Origin: Candidatus Hydrogenedentota bacterium
GTDB lineage: Bacteria > Hydrogenedentota > Hydrogenedentia > Hydrogenedentales > SLHB01
Length of the DNA stretch: 64,000 bases
Assembly (NCBI GenBank): GCA_045863335.1
Contig: BTVY01000022.1
Location: 1-64,000 of the forward strand
Direction: 5' to 3'
This document shows, piece after piece, positions 47,940 to 60,027 of the stretch; the first letter of the stretch is position 1; each line of letters begins with the position of its first letter. The translations under genes were made by a program, and so were the position numbers. The notes under the pieces are model-generated. The model made no database searches. It saw only the letters and a program-made list of their open reading frames with translations, and had not been told where the DNA came from.

Positions 47940-49430
47940 ATGCGAACCGGATCGATCTCAATACTGGTCACACTGTTAATTGCGGCGGTCGCAACGCCGG
48001 TCTGGGCGGGTTCATTGTTTGCCGGACCGCTCGACGACCTTGCCACGCTCAAGCCGGGGCGAACGATGCGTGCATCGTCGAGCGACCCCAACTGGGCCGT
48101 GGGCAACGGCGATGCGCGTCCCATTGAACCGGGCGACACACTGGTCGTAGCGGAACTGGAAGGACCCGGCGTCATCAACCACATCTGGAATACCATCGCG
48201 TCCCAGGAACGGGGCTACTCCCGGCTCCTCGTCTTGCGCATGTATTGGGATGGCGAAGAGAGCCCTTCGATTGAAGTGCCCATCGGCGATTTCTTCGGCG
48301 TAGGCCACGGCATGGACGTGCCTTTTGATTCCCTGCCGGTTCGCGTGACCTCGGATGGCCGCGGCCGAAACTGTTACTGGCCCATGCCCTTCCGCAAGTC
48401 CGCCAAAATCACCGTGACAAACGAAGGGCGGCTTCGCACCGATGCCTTCTACTACTACGTGGACTGGCAAAAACTTCCCAGTCTGCCGGACGATACCGCG
48501 TACCTCCACGCCATGTACCGCCAGGAGTATCCGGCTACCATGGGCCAACGTTATCTCATTGCTGACATCGAAGGGCGCGGTCACTACGCCGGAACCGTGT
48601 TGAATTGCCGGCAGAACATGCCGAACTGGTTTGGTGAAGGCGACGATTTCTTCTACATCGACGGCGAGGAAGAACCCAGTCTCCGAGGCACCGGCACGGA
48701 AGACTACTTTTGCGACGGCTGGGGCTTCCGCGTGCAATCGGGGGCCTTCTACGGTGCGCCCGTATTCGAGGGATTCAAGCGAGGCGACCGCACCTCCGTG
48801 TATCGCTGGCACGTCACCGATCCCGTCACGTTCACCGAATCGCTTCGTCTCGAGATCGAACATGTGGGACCGGTCATCGACGAGACGGACAAGATCACTG
48901 CAAACTATGGCGAGCGCCCGGACGATTTCTCGTCTGTCGCGTTTTGGTACCAGCTCGAACCGCACAAGCCCTATCCGGATCTGCCCAAGGGCTACGATCG
49001 CTTGTACTTCGACTATAGCGAAATGATTGAAGCGGAAAGCCTGCTCGACGGCATCGAAGCGCCAGTAGGTCCTGTGCAGAATCAGGAAGGCGGCGCCTGG
49101 AGCAAGGGCGGCCAGTTGTTCTGGACCCCACAGGAGCCGAACCAGAGCATCACGATACCGTTCGTGATTGATGAAGATGGGACCTACTATCCGCTTTTAA
49201 TGATGACCTACTCCTTCGACTACGGCATATTCCAGTACGAACTGGACGGCGATCCCCTGGCAGAACCCATCGACCAATACCATAGCGCCGTCGTCACGCG
49301 CGAACGGCAGATGCCGCCGAGGAAGTTGGACAAAGGCACGCATACTTTGACGGTCCGAAATGTGGGCAAGAACACCGAATCGGCGGGATACTACTTCGGC
49401 CTCGACGGATTTCTACTTTTGATGCGCTAG
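47940..49430 (+). CDS. DUF2961 / GH172-family glycoside hydrolase, secreted
   Basis: GPGVINHIW, MYWDGE..PS, PMPF, GEGDD, GTGTEDYF and YRWH..DP motifs. Confidence 0.9.
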   Translation: MRTGSISILVTLLIAAVATPVWAGSLFAGPLDDLATLKPGRTMRASSSDPNWAVGNGDARPIEPGDTLVVAELEGPGVINHIWNTIASQERGYSRLLVLRMYWDGEESPSIEVPIGDFFGVGHGMDVPFDSLPVRVTSDGRGRNCYWPMPFRKSAKITVTNEGRLRTDAFYYYVDWQKLPSLPDDTAYLHAMYRQEYPATMGQRYLIADIEGRGHYAGTVLNCRQNMPNWFGEGDDFFYIDGEEEPSLRGTGTEDYFCDGWGFRVQSGAFYGAPVFEGFKRGDRTSVYRWHVTDPVTFTESLRLEIEHVGPVIDETDKITANYGERPDDFSSVAFWYQLEPHKPYPDLPKGYDRLYFDYSEMIEAESLLDGIEAPVGPVQNQEGGAWSKGGQLFWTPQEPNQSITIPFVIDEDGTYYPLLMMTYSFDYGIFQYELDGDPLAEPIDQYHSAVVTRERQMPPRKLDKGTHTLTVRNVGKNTESAGYYFGLDGFLLLMR

Positions 49431-49482
49431 TACCCAGCTTTGGATTTGCCTGTTCAATGAGCTTGCGCAACATATTCTCTTA

Positions 49483-49521
49483 AAGTCCCCCTTCGAAGGG
49501 GGATTCAGGGGGATGTTCCCT
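49483..49521. repeat. Solo end of the CCCCCTTNGAAGGGGG element
   Basis: AAGTCCCCCTTCGAAGGGGGATTCAGGGGGATGTTCCCT. Confidence 0.75.
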
Positions 49522-49579
49522 CAGGCACCGGTGTGAAGTGCCGGGCGGTTCGTCGAGCTCGCACCGCTACGGATGCCGC

Positions 49580-49882
49580 TCAGGCGTAGTATGCCCAGAC
49601 TTCCGCGCCGTTCGTGAGCGTTACGCGGTGCCGGGCGTACAGGTCGCCCTCGTAGCGATCGATGAGAGCGAGTTCGGCATCCGTGACGTCAAGAACCCGG
49701 CCAGATACGGTACCGTCCGATTCCGGCACCAGATTCGGAAATACTTCCGTGCCGTCCTGCAAAGTGGTCTTGCGGTACCCCGCCAGTTGCGCTGGAGTGC
49801 CCGCGATTTCGCGCCCAATTACAGCCCGTTGCACGTGAACGTGCAGAAGCGTGCCGTATGCAAACAAAGTCTGGGTACTCAT
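49580..49882 (-). CDS. Gamma-glutamylcyclotransferase family protein
   Basis: LFAYGTL and IDRYEG..Y.R motifs. Confidence 0.85.
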   Translation of the reverse strand: MSTQTLFAYGTLLHVHVQRAVIGREIAGTPAQLAGYRKTTLQDGTEVFPNLVPESDGTVSGRVLDVTDAELALIDRYEGDLYARHRVTLTNGAEVWAYYA

Positions 49883-50085
49883 GCTGATGACTCGCTCCGC
49901 CCGTTTGTCCCGCCCATCCATCATATCAGAGAATGCCCGTCTTGGCACTTTCCCCGCGAAACATGCTATATTCCGCTGTTCCCTGTATCGAACACTGCGC
50001 AGTACTCTTTTGTCAGGCCGCCCGCCCAACGCGCCAATCCGATTTCCAACCGCGCCGGGGCTGACGCCATCCATCAGGACACGGC

Positions 50086-51462
50086 ATGAAACCATTTGAC
50101 GAGGAACTGGTCTCCGGCAGCATTGTCCGCTCCGTGTGGAAGCTGTCGTGGCCCATCGTGCTCATGAATCTCATCAACGGGATTCATGGCATGGTGGACC
50201 AGGTCCTCGTGGGCCATTACGTGCAGGCGCACGAAGCCAACGCGGCCATCGGCGTGGCGTGGAATCTGTTTTTGCTGATCGTGGTTTCGCTGGCGTCGTT
50301 GTTTCACGGCATGGGCGTGCTCATCGCGCAGTACGCCGGACGGCGCGACCGTGAAGCCATGGCGGTCGTGCTTTATCAGACCATCCTCTGCACGCTCTAC
50401 CTCGTCCTGTTTGTTGTAGCGCCGCTGGGGTATCTGTGTTCACCGTTACTTCTGCGGCTGGTCAACGCGCCGCCCGACGTGCAGCACTACGCCTTGCCCT
50501 ACCTGCGCATCATGTTCCTGTTCGGCGTGCCCTTATCGATGAATTTTCTGCTCGGCACCGCTATGCAAACCAGCGGCGATCCGAAGACGCCCCTCAAGCT
50601 CGTCGTGCTCAGCACCATTCTCAACGTTATCTTCAGCGCGGTGTTTATTGTCGGACTCGGACCCTTCCCCGCGATGGGCCCGGCCGGCGCGGCCCTGGGC
50701 ACCTGTCTGGCTCCCATTCCAGGGATTATTATCGCGTTCACCCTAATCCTGAAAGGTCGGCTGATTCTTCAATTTCCCAAGGAATGGTCGCTCAAACCGG
50801 ATTTCGAAGTGGTGCGCAGCATCACGCGCATCGGCATTCCCACCGGGATCAACGGGGTCGTGCTGAACATCGGAGGCATCTGGCTCTACCGCTACATCGG
50901 CGGCCTGGATCACGGCGGCGCCGCCATGGCTTCCTACACCATCTGCTACGCGCAGCTCTTCTCATTCGTCACCTGGGCATCGCTGGGGCTGCGCGGCGCT
51001 TCCGCCGCTTTGATGGGACAGAATATCGGCGCAGGCAAGACCGATCGCGGCCGCCGCGGCGTTCACGTTGCCGCGCTCATGGGCACGAGCTGGGCGGTAA
51101 TCTGGGGCATCGCCGTGTGGAACCTCCCGGAGGTGTTCCTGGGCATCTTCAATTTGCAGGACCCCATGGTCGTGACCTTCGGCACGGCCCTGCTGCGTTA
51201 TCTCGCGATCTCGGGCATTTTTCTCTCCGCCGCACTCGCGCTGACCGGCGGCTTGATTGGCGCCGGCGACACGCAAAAACCCATGTGGATCGCCATCGTC
51301 ACGCAAATCATCATTCTGTTAGGCGTCTGCCAACTCTACGCAGCCTTCGGCCGGCTCTCCGCCAACGCCATCTGGCAGGCAATCCTTATCAGCCACTTCA
51401 GTCGCTACGTCCTAACCCATATCGTCTTTCGCCACGCAAAATGGAAACCCCTCGTCTTCTGA
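50086..51462 (+). CDS. MATE family efflux transporter
   Basis: About twelve TM helices; GDPKTP, IGIP, GQNIGAG, GAGDT. Confidence 0.92.
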   Translation: MKPFDEELVSGSIVRSVWKLSWPIVLMNLINGIHGMVDQVLVGHYVQAHEANAAIGVAWNLFLLIVVSLASLFHGMGVLIAQYAGRRDREAMAVVLYQTILCTLYLVLFVVAPLGYLCSPLLLRLVNAPPDVQHYALPYLRIMFLFGVPLSMNFLLGTAMQTSGDPKTPLKLVVLSTILNVIFSAVFIVGLGPFPAMGPAGAALGTCLAPIPGIIIAFTLILKGRLILQFPKEWSLKPDFEVVRSITRIGIPTGINGVVLNIGGIWLYRYIGGLDHGGAAMASYTICYAQLFSFVTWASLGLRGASAALMGQNIGAGKTDRGRRGVHVAALMGTSWAVIWGIAVWNLPEVFLGIFNLQDPMVVTFGTALLRYLAISGIFLSAALALTGGLIGAGDTQKPMWIAIVTQIIILLGVCQLYAAFGRLSANAIWQAILISHFSRYVLTHIVFRHAKWKPLVF

Positions 51463-51512
51463 TCCCCGCATCTTTTACCACGCCCGCCGACACCCCGAAT
51501 CCGTAAACCAGA

Positions 51513-51585
51513 ATCGGTATCGGGATCGGTATCGTAATTGACGCGGGAATCGCGAAGTGTTTTTGATACCGATCCCGATACCGAT
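51513..51585. repeat. ATCGNN hexamer inverted-repeat element, copy 2
   Basis: ATCGGTATCGGGATCGGTATCG ... GATACCGATCCCGATACCGAT. Confidence 0.75.
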
Positions 51586-51651
51586 GAGGAGGATTCTGTG
51601 CGGCGATTACCGGCTCGAGCCCCGCGCTCAGGAGAAATCCTGAACCAAACC

Positions 51652-51688
51652 AAAAACGGCGCCCGGCTCTTTCTCGAACCAGGCGCCG
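51652..51688 (-). terminator. gyrA terminator
   Basis: On the minus strand, CGGCGCCTGGTTC...GAGCCGGGCGCCG followed by TTTTT. Confidence 0.75.
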
Positions 51689-51699
51689 CAAATATCTTC

Positions 51700-51727
51700 A
51701 ATTCGTAATTCTTAATTCATAATTCAA
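51700..51727. repeat. Heptamer tandem repeat AATTCNN x4
   Basis: AATTCGT AATTCTT AATTCAT AATTCAA immediately after the gyrA stop. Confidence 0.7.
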
Positions 51728-51729
51728 TC

Positions 51730-54243
51730 CTACTCTTCTTCCGAGTCCGCGTCTGGGCCGGCCTCTGCGCCGCCCGCCAGTTCCGCGGCTTCATCCGCGA
51801 CCTGGTCCTGCTTCTCTTCGGCGATGGCGCGGGCTACCGCGCTGACTTTCGCGCCTTCCGACGGCGTCATGACCTTGACGCCCTGCGTGTTGCGGCCGAT
51901 GGTGCGCATGTCTTTCACCGCCGTGCGAATGATGATACCGTCCGTGCTGACCACGACGATCTCGTCCTGATCGTCCACCGTCATCATTCCGACCACGTTG
52001 CCGTTGCGCTCGGTGGTCTTGATGTTGATGATGCCCTGGCCGCCACGATGCTGGAGCCGGTATTCACCGACCTTTGTGCGCTTGCCGTACCCGTTCTCGG
52101 TGACGCTCAATACCGTCATGTCGTCGGCGGCGATGGAAACGCCAATCACACGATCGCCTTCCGCCATGCGGATGCCGATGACGCCGCGGGCGGTGCGTCC
52201 CATGGGCCGCACGTCCTTCTCGGGGAAGCGGATCGACATGCCAAGGTACGTGGCGATGAGAATGTTGTCTTCGCCAGACGTGATGGACACTTCCATGAGC
52301 ATGTCGTCTTTGTCGAGGTCCATGGCGATGATGCCTGTGGCCCGGGGATTGCTGAACGCCTTTAACGCCGTCTTTTTCACGACGCCTTTCTCGGTCACCA
52401 TGAAGACGAACTTGCCCTCTTCGTCAAGATCCCGAACAGGCAAACTGGCCGTGACCACCTCCTCGCCGCTCAGATTGAGCACGTTGACGATGGCGCGGCC
52501 CTTGGCCGTACGGCTCGCTTTGGGCAACTCATGCACCTTGCGCCAGTAGACGCGGCCCGTGTTCGTGAAGAACAGCAGGTATTCGTGGGCCGACGCGATG
52601 AAGAGGTCTTTGACGAAATCTTCTTCCTTCGTCTCCATACCGGTCACGCCGCGGCCGCCGCGCCGCTGTTTGCGGTAGGCGCTGACGGGCACGCGCTTGA
52701 TGTACCCTTGATTCGACACCGTGACGACCATATCCTCGTCGGCGATGAAATCTTCGACGCTGAACTCGGACCGCTCGCCCAGAATTTGAGTGCGCCGGGC
52801 GTCGCCATATTTCTCTTTAACTGCCAGAATTTCCTTGCGCACTTCCGCGAGGATGGTTTTCTCGCTGGAAAGGATCTGCCGGAACATCTCGATCTGCTTG
52901 AGCAGGTCCGCGTACTCCTTCTCCAACTCCTCGCGTTCGAGACCGGTCAAGCGTCGCAGGCGCATGGCCAGGATGGCGTTCGCCTGAATGTCGGTAAACG
53001 CAAACCGCTCCTTCAACCGCTCCCGCGCGATGTCCGCGTCGTCCGACCCGCGAATGATGGCGATGACTTCGTCGATATGATCGATAGCCTTCAGCAATCC
53101 CTCGACAATGTGCGCCCGCGCTTCGGCCTGGGCCAGGTCGTATTCGGTCCGGCGCCGGACAATTTCCGCGCGGTGCTTGACGTAGTACTGGACCACCTCG
53201 ACCAGCGACAATACGCGCGGCTGGTTGTCCACGAGCGCCAGCATGAGAATGCTGAAGGTGTCCTGCAATTGCGTGTGCTTGTACAGCTGATTCAGGATTA
53301 CCTGCGGCTCGTCGCCCTTGCGCACCTCGATAACGATCCGCATGCCGTCGCGGTCGGACTCGTCGCGCAAGTCGGTGATGCCCTCGATAGCCTTGGAACG
53401 GACCAACTCCGCGATATTCTCGATGACGCGCGATTTGTTGACCTGGTACGGAATCTCCTGGACGATGATCCTGTCCTTGCCACTCGTCTCGTCGTGTTCG
53501 ATGGCGACTTTCGCGCGCACCACGATGCGTCCGCGCCCTGTGCGGTAAGCCTGAGCAAGCCCTTCGGAGCCGTAGATGATGCCGCCCGTCGGGAAATCGG
53601 GCGCGTGAATGAAGCGCATGAGATCCTTGGTCTTGGCATCCGGGTTGTCGATGTAATGCACGACCGCGTCGCACACCTCGTTGAGGTTGTGCGGCGGGCA
53701 ACTCGTCGCCATACCGACCGCGATCCCGTAGGAACCGTTGACCAGCAGATTCGGAATGGCGGATGGCAACACGACGGGTTCCTGAAGCCGCCCATCGTAG
53801 TTGTCCTGCGTATCGACCGTTTCCTTCTGGATGTCGGCCAGCATCTCGGACGTAATGGCCGTCATCCGGGATTCCGTGTATCGCATGGCCGCCGGACTGT
53901 CGCCGTCGATGGAACCGAAGTTGCCTTGTCCGTCGATCAGGGGATACCGCATCGACCAGGGTTGGGCCATGCGAACCAACGTGTCGTAGAGCGCCTGATC
54001 GCCGTGGGGATGATACTTGGCCATCGTGTCACCGACCGTCGCGGCCGACTTGCGGTATCCGCGATTGTGAACGAGGCCCAATTCGTGCATGGCGTATAGA
54101 ATGCGGCGATGAACCGGTTTGAGCCCGTCGCGCACATCCGGCAGCGCACGGCTCACGATTACGCTCATGGAGTAATCCATGAACGAGGTCTTCATCTCCT
54201 GTTCGATCGCGATTGGTACGATTCGTTCGGTCGGTGTGTCCAT
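51730..54243 (-). CDS. gyrA: DNA gyrase subunit A
   Basis: [23 protein letters not shown] active-site Tyr, GyrA-box QRRGGRG, acidic tail. Confidence 0.98.
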   Translation of the reverse strand: MDTPTERIVPIAIEQEMKTSFMDYSMSVIVSRALPDVRDGLKPVHRRILYAMHELGLVHNRGYRKSAATVGDTMAKYHPHGDQALYDTLVRMAQPWSMRYPLIDGQGNFGSIDGDSPAAMRYTESRMTAITSEMLADIQKETVDTQDNYDGRLQEPVVLPSAIPNLLVNGSYGIAVGMATSCPPHNLNEVCDAVVHYIDNPDAKTKDLMRFIHAPDFPTGGIIYGSEGLAQAYRTGRGRIVVRAKVAIEHDETSGKDRIIVQEIPYQVNKSRVIENIAELVRSKAIEGITDLRDESDRDGMRIVIEVRKGDEPQVILNQLYKHTQLQDTFSILMLALVDNQPRVLSLVEVVQYYVKHRAEIVRRRTEYDLAQAEARAHIVEGLLKAIDHIDEVIAIIRGSDDADIARERLKERFAFTDIQANAILAMRLRRLTGLEREELEKEYADLLKQIEMFRQILSSEKTILAEVRKEILAVKEKYGDARRTQILGERSEFSVEDFIADEDMVVTVSNQGYIKRVPVSAYRKQRRGGRGVTGMETKEEDFVKDLFIASAHEYLLFFTNTGRVYWRKVHELPKASRTAKGRAIVNVLNLSGEEVVTASLPVRDLDEEGKFVFMVTEKGVVKKTALKAFSNPRATGIIAMDLDKDDMLMEVSITSGEDNILIATYLGMSIRFPEKDVRPMGRTARGVIGIRMAEGDRVIGVSIAADDMTVLSVTENGYGKRTKVGEYRLQHRGGQGIINIKTTERNGNVVGMMTVDDQDEIVVVSTDGIIIRTAVKDMRTIGRNTQGVKVMTPSEGAKVSAVARAIAEEKQDQVADEAAELAGGAEAGPDADSEEE

Positions 54244-54304
54244 TTCTTCCTCTTGGGTTCGTCAAACTCGTTCGCGCGCCACCATCCGGCGCGGAACAGC
54301 GCCG

Positions 54305-56773
<2,469 letters not shown>

Positions 56774-56840
56774 TCAGTATAGCAAAATGGAGGCGTGAAA
56801 ACAACAGAAACCGCAATATTTAGAGGATTTTCAGCGGCCC

Positions 56841-57197
56841 TTATACGCCATCTTGTGACGGCGGGGCAGGGGAGTCGTCCCCGAGCAGAATGAAGATGTC
56901 GGACACCAATTCCTGGCCCGCCATCTGGTTGATCCGGCGGATGATGTCCCACTTGTAATAAGCGAATTTGTTCATCCAGACCGGGCTGTACGCCTCGATG
57001 TAGAGGGTCTGGTCCTTCACCGTCTGCGGGTGCCCATGCCCGCACAAATACTGCCCCGCCAGCTCCGGCCACCGCTCCCAAATCTGCGCCTGCTCCAGTT
57101 GCTTCCCAAGCCGGGACTTCTTCTTCAGCGAAGCAAGGATTTCCCCGATTCCTGTCGGGTCCTGCTTGTCTGATTCGTTCTTCTTGCGGTTTGCCAT
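56841..57197 (-). CDS. dciA: DUF721 / DciA-family protein
   Basis: W..LAG..L..H.....L.I....P.W pattern and canonical position upstream of gyrB. Confidence 0.75.
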   Translation of the reverse strand: MANRKKNESDKQDPTGIGEILASLKKKSRLGKQLEQAQIWERWPELAGQYLCGHGHPQTVKDQTLYIEAYSPVWMNKFAYYKWDIIRRINQMAGQELVSDIFILLGDDSPAPPSQDGV

Positions 57198-57277
57198 GGG
57201 ATAACTCGGAAATGCGGTGGCCACGTTGCTGCTCAAAAGCTCATTCTATCGCGATCCCTACCTCGCCCGCTACCCGC

Positions 57278-57561
57278 AGGCCCGGAAGGGCGGAGGGCGG
57301 TAGCCCAGCGCCACGCCGCTGGCGTGGCAACCACATTCGAATCCCGAAGCACGAAATCCGAAACAAATTCCAATGACCGAAATCCAAATGACCAAAACAC
57401 TTTGGCCGAGTCAAGGGCAACAACCTCCTGCAAGAGGACGGGTGCCCACGGCAGCCCCGGATGGGGCGACTCGAATGTAGCCCGGGGTGGAGCGAGGCAC
57501 GAGCGGAACCCCGGGTCACGTGACCACAACCACCGCGCAGCCCCCGAATGGGGGCGAAAGA
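57278..57561. repeat. Cluster of REP-like modules
   Basis: GCCC(C)GGA..GGGCG + GTAGCCC hairpin modules at 57278-57322 and 57453-57561, around an AAATCC/ATGACC-rich segment at 57339-57398. Confidence 0.6.
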
Positions 57562-57628
57562 ATTGGAGAAGATCCTTATACTGGTTGTGAGATTGCTCGA
57601 GGGGGCCGGCGGCAGAAAGGCATAGCCA

Positions 57629-58438
57629 ATGAACCATTCAATGACGGTGCTGGCCCTGTTGATTCTCGTGCTCTTTACCGCTGCGTCGGGTGCCGATTTG
57701 GCCGATAGCAAGTTGGTAACGATCGACTTCACCAACCCCCGCGAGGTCTTCAAGCAGGCAACGTGGACCGATCCAAAGATCGTCCAAGCGAGCGAACAGG
57801 GTCTGTCGCTCAACTGGAACAAAAGGCCTTTGCGCACGAAAGGCATACCCGAGAGTGAACGAGGGACATTCACAAAGGACGTAATCGTTCACGTCGAACC
57901 GGTTCCGGTGGGATGGTCTTGGCGACCGGTAACGTACGTGTGGGTAGGCGCGGAGGTGACGCCTCCGGAGGAGTTTGTTTTTTTGCCCGACAGAACCGGG
58001 TGTCCGCCATGCGAAGTGTTTGCGCGGTACAGTCCCGACCTCAAGAATTGGTCGTCGTGGCAGGCCCTGGAGCGGATACCCCCCGACAACCAAACAGACC
58101 CGCGGCAGACCTATCAGATTTCGCTCCAAGTGCCGGTTGCGGATCGGTCGGCGTATGAGTCCATGTTCTGGGAGTACATGGAGAAGAATGTTCCATGGAA
58201 GAGCGATGAGGAAGCGGCAGTCGAGTGGATACTTGAGCAGCAACCGGACTTCTTCGAGGATCAGATTCCCTTCATCGGATACGTGCAGTTGAGATTTGAG
58301 ATTGCCTTGAAAGGGGATCAGCGCATTGAACGCCTTGAGTTCAGGCTAAGCTACCAAACTGGTGGCTCGCACAATATTCCCAAAGACGAGAGTGTCTACA
58401 AGGATCGAAACGGTCCCTGGAGGTTCAGGGCAAAATGA
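57629..58438 (+). CDS. Secreted hypothetical protein
   Basis: Signal peptide, 269 aa, ATGA coupling to the next ORF. Confidence 0.75.
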   Translation: MNHSMTVLALLILVLFTAASGADLADSKLVTIDFTNPREVFKQATWTDPKIVQASEQGLSLNWNKRPLRTKGIPESERGTFTKDVIVHVEPVPVGWSWRPVTYVWVGAEVTPPEEFVFLPDRTGCPPCEVFARYSPDLKNWSSWQALERIPPDNQTDPRQTYQISLQVPVADRSAYESMFWEYMEKNVPWKSDEEAAVEWILEQQPDFFEDQIPFIGYVQLRFEIALKGDQRIERLEFRLSYQTGGSHNIPKDESVYKDRNGPWRFRAK

Positions 58439-58884
58439 AATCCATTCCTTCTGCCACCACGCTTCTCTTCGCATCAGTCTGGCTGTGTGGCGCCGTCTGC
58501 AACCGCGTGGAATTCCCGCCCGTCAACAGTACGCTGTTGGACCCGAGTGGGAACTTTACGTTGTACGTCAGCAATCAAAGTTTCGCCATTAGCCCCGTTG
58601 ACATCAATGTGCAAATCGATGGCGAGGTAGTTGTCCATCAGAACTTTGACGTTGGCACCCAGCATAACTGGAAGAAGTTCCGAATTGCGCTGCCGCCGGG
58701 AACCCACTCCCTCACCGCTACGTCAGCTAAAGGGGATGCAACGCTTGAGCAGGAGTTTGCGGTAACGGGAGAGCATTGGGCGGTCGTCGACTTTTGGTAT
58801 TATCCGGAAGCCAAGGGTGGCGCGGGCCCGACGCCGAGACAATTCGGCTTCCGCGTTCAGGACAGCCCAATCGGGTTCATGTAA
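58435..58884 (+). CDS. Secreted hypothetical protein (Ig-like beta fold)
   Basis: Hydrophobic N-terminus, LYVSNQS, GTHSLTA. Confidence 0.75.
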   Translation: MKSIPSATTLLFASVWLCGAVCNRVEFPPVNSTLLDPSGNFTLYVSNQSFAISPVDINVQIDGEVVVHQNFDVGTQHNWKKFRIALPPGTHSLTATSAKGDATLEQEFAVTGEHWAVVDFWYYPEAKGGAGPTPRQFGFRVQDSPIGFM

Positions 58885-59009
58885 GTGCGGCGATGAGACT
58901 GCAAATCGTTCAATGAATTCTTCGTGTTTCACTCTCCAGTCGCGGATTCGCGCGGATCGATCTCCGAGTATTCGCCTTGTCGTGTCTGACCGGTGCCTTC
59001 CCGCCGCCT

Positions 59010-59297
59010 CTACTCGCGCAACTGAAAGAGAACGTCAACAATCTCCACCTCCGGAGCCCCTGTCACCTTATAGGCCTCCGGGATACTGGCGGCTAATTCG
59101 GACTCACGATACGCGGCCAATGATTCCTTGGAATCCCAGACGTAAATGCCGCAGTATCGATTGGGTTCCTCAAGCTTCACGTAATACTTCTAAATGAGCC
59201 CGGGCAGCGCTCGAAACTGTTCGAGGCGATCTTCTGCCACCCGCAGCACCTCCGCTTCCGACAGGGTCGTCTCGAATCTTACTACCTGAACGATCAT
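59010..59297 (-). pseudogene. YdhR-like monooxygenase interrupted by one in-frame TAG
   Basis: MIVQVVRFETTLSEAEVLRVAEDRLEQFRALPGLI*KYYVKLEEPNRYCGIYVWDSKESL...LRE*, with TAG at 59190-59192. Missed by the ORF track. Confidence 0.75.
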
Positions 59298-59486
59298 GAT
59301 TGTCACCATCCTTCATGTTCCGGAGCGCCAGCATCGCTGATGAGAAGCGCACGTGTCTTCCCGAGTCTTGGCCGTTGTCATTCGCGCCCCACTAACTTGA
59401 AGATTGCATGGTAGTGCCTCTATCGGATTTCCACAAGTGGTCAAGTCCAGGGGACCGGTCACCTGCATTTCGCCCGTGCGTCACCG

Positions 59487-59515
59487 TTGACGGGACCGGC
59501 GCGCGGGCATATACT
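59487..59515 (+). promoter_or_regulatory. Near-consensus sigma70 promoter upstream of the small peptide gene
   Basis: TTGACG-17-TATACT. Confidence 0.75.
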
Positions 59516-59770
59516 GAATTTGGAGCAAGACGACGGGGGACTGATCCACGTCAAAGGGGAACCCGATCCGGCTTTTTCTTGCCTAACGCCGAAGTTCTGT
59601 TGCAGAGATCCCGGCGGGGCCGACTGATGCCGGCGTAGTGAGCGCTTGCGCCACGTGTGGTCTTCTGACGCCGCCTAATGATGAGAACAGATTCGCATAT
59701 CTGCAGCGGGTGCCGCCACCCTGTTGGTAGGGGCACGCGGTGCTCGCGTCAAACATGGAGGGAGATGAAA

Positions 59771-59950
59771 ATGAGTCATGTAAAACGGGTGACCAAAGTG
59801 AAGCAGACTCCGGCACTGGCGGCAGGCGGAGATATTGCGGACTGCTTCAGGGGGTTCATCAATGGCGAGTACCCGCTTTTCGGTGTGCCGAGCTTCCTGG
59901 ACTGTGTGAAGTGCTCCAAAGGCGGCGGTAGCTGCGCCGAGCCTGAATAA
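59771..59950 (+). CDS. Small Cys-rich peptide (59 aa), precursor-like
   Basis: RBS GGAGGGAG 6 nt upstream, own promoter and terminator; MSHVKRVTKVKQTPALAAGG-DIADC...CVKC...C. Confidence 0.75.
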   Translation: MSHVKRVTKVKQTPALAAGGDIADCFRGFINGEYPLFGVPSFLDCVKCSKGGGSCAEPE

Positions 59951-59958
59951 TCCATCCT

Positions 59959-59998
59959 GAAGCCCCGGCTCCCTCGGCGGAGCCGGGGCTTCTTCTCT
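59959..59998 (+). terminator. Terminator hairpin, possibly bidirectional with recF
   Basis: GAAGCCCCGGCTCC-N6-GGAGCCGGGGCTTC followed by TTCTCT. Confidence 0.85.
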
Positions 59999-60027
59999 GA
60001 TGTGATCTACAGATTCGCTTCGCAAAG

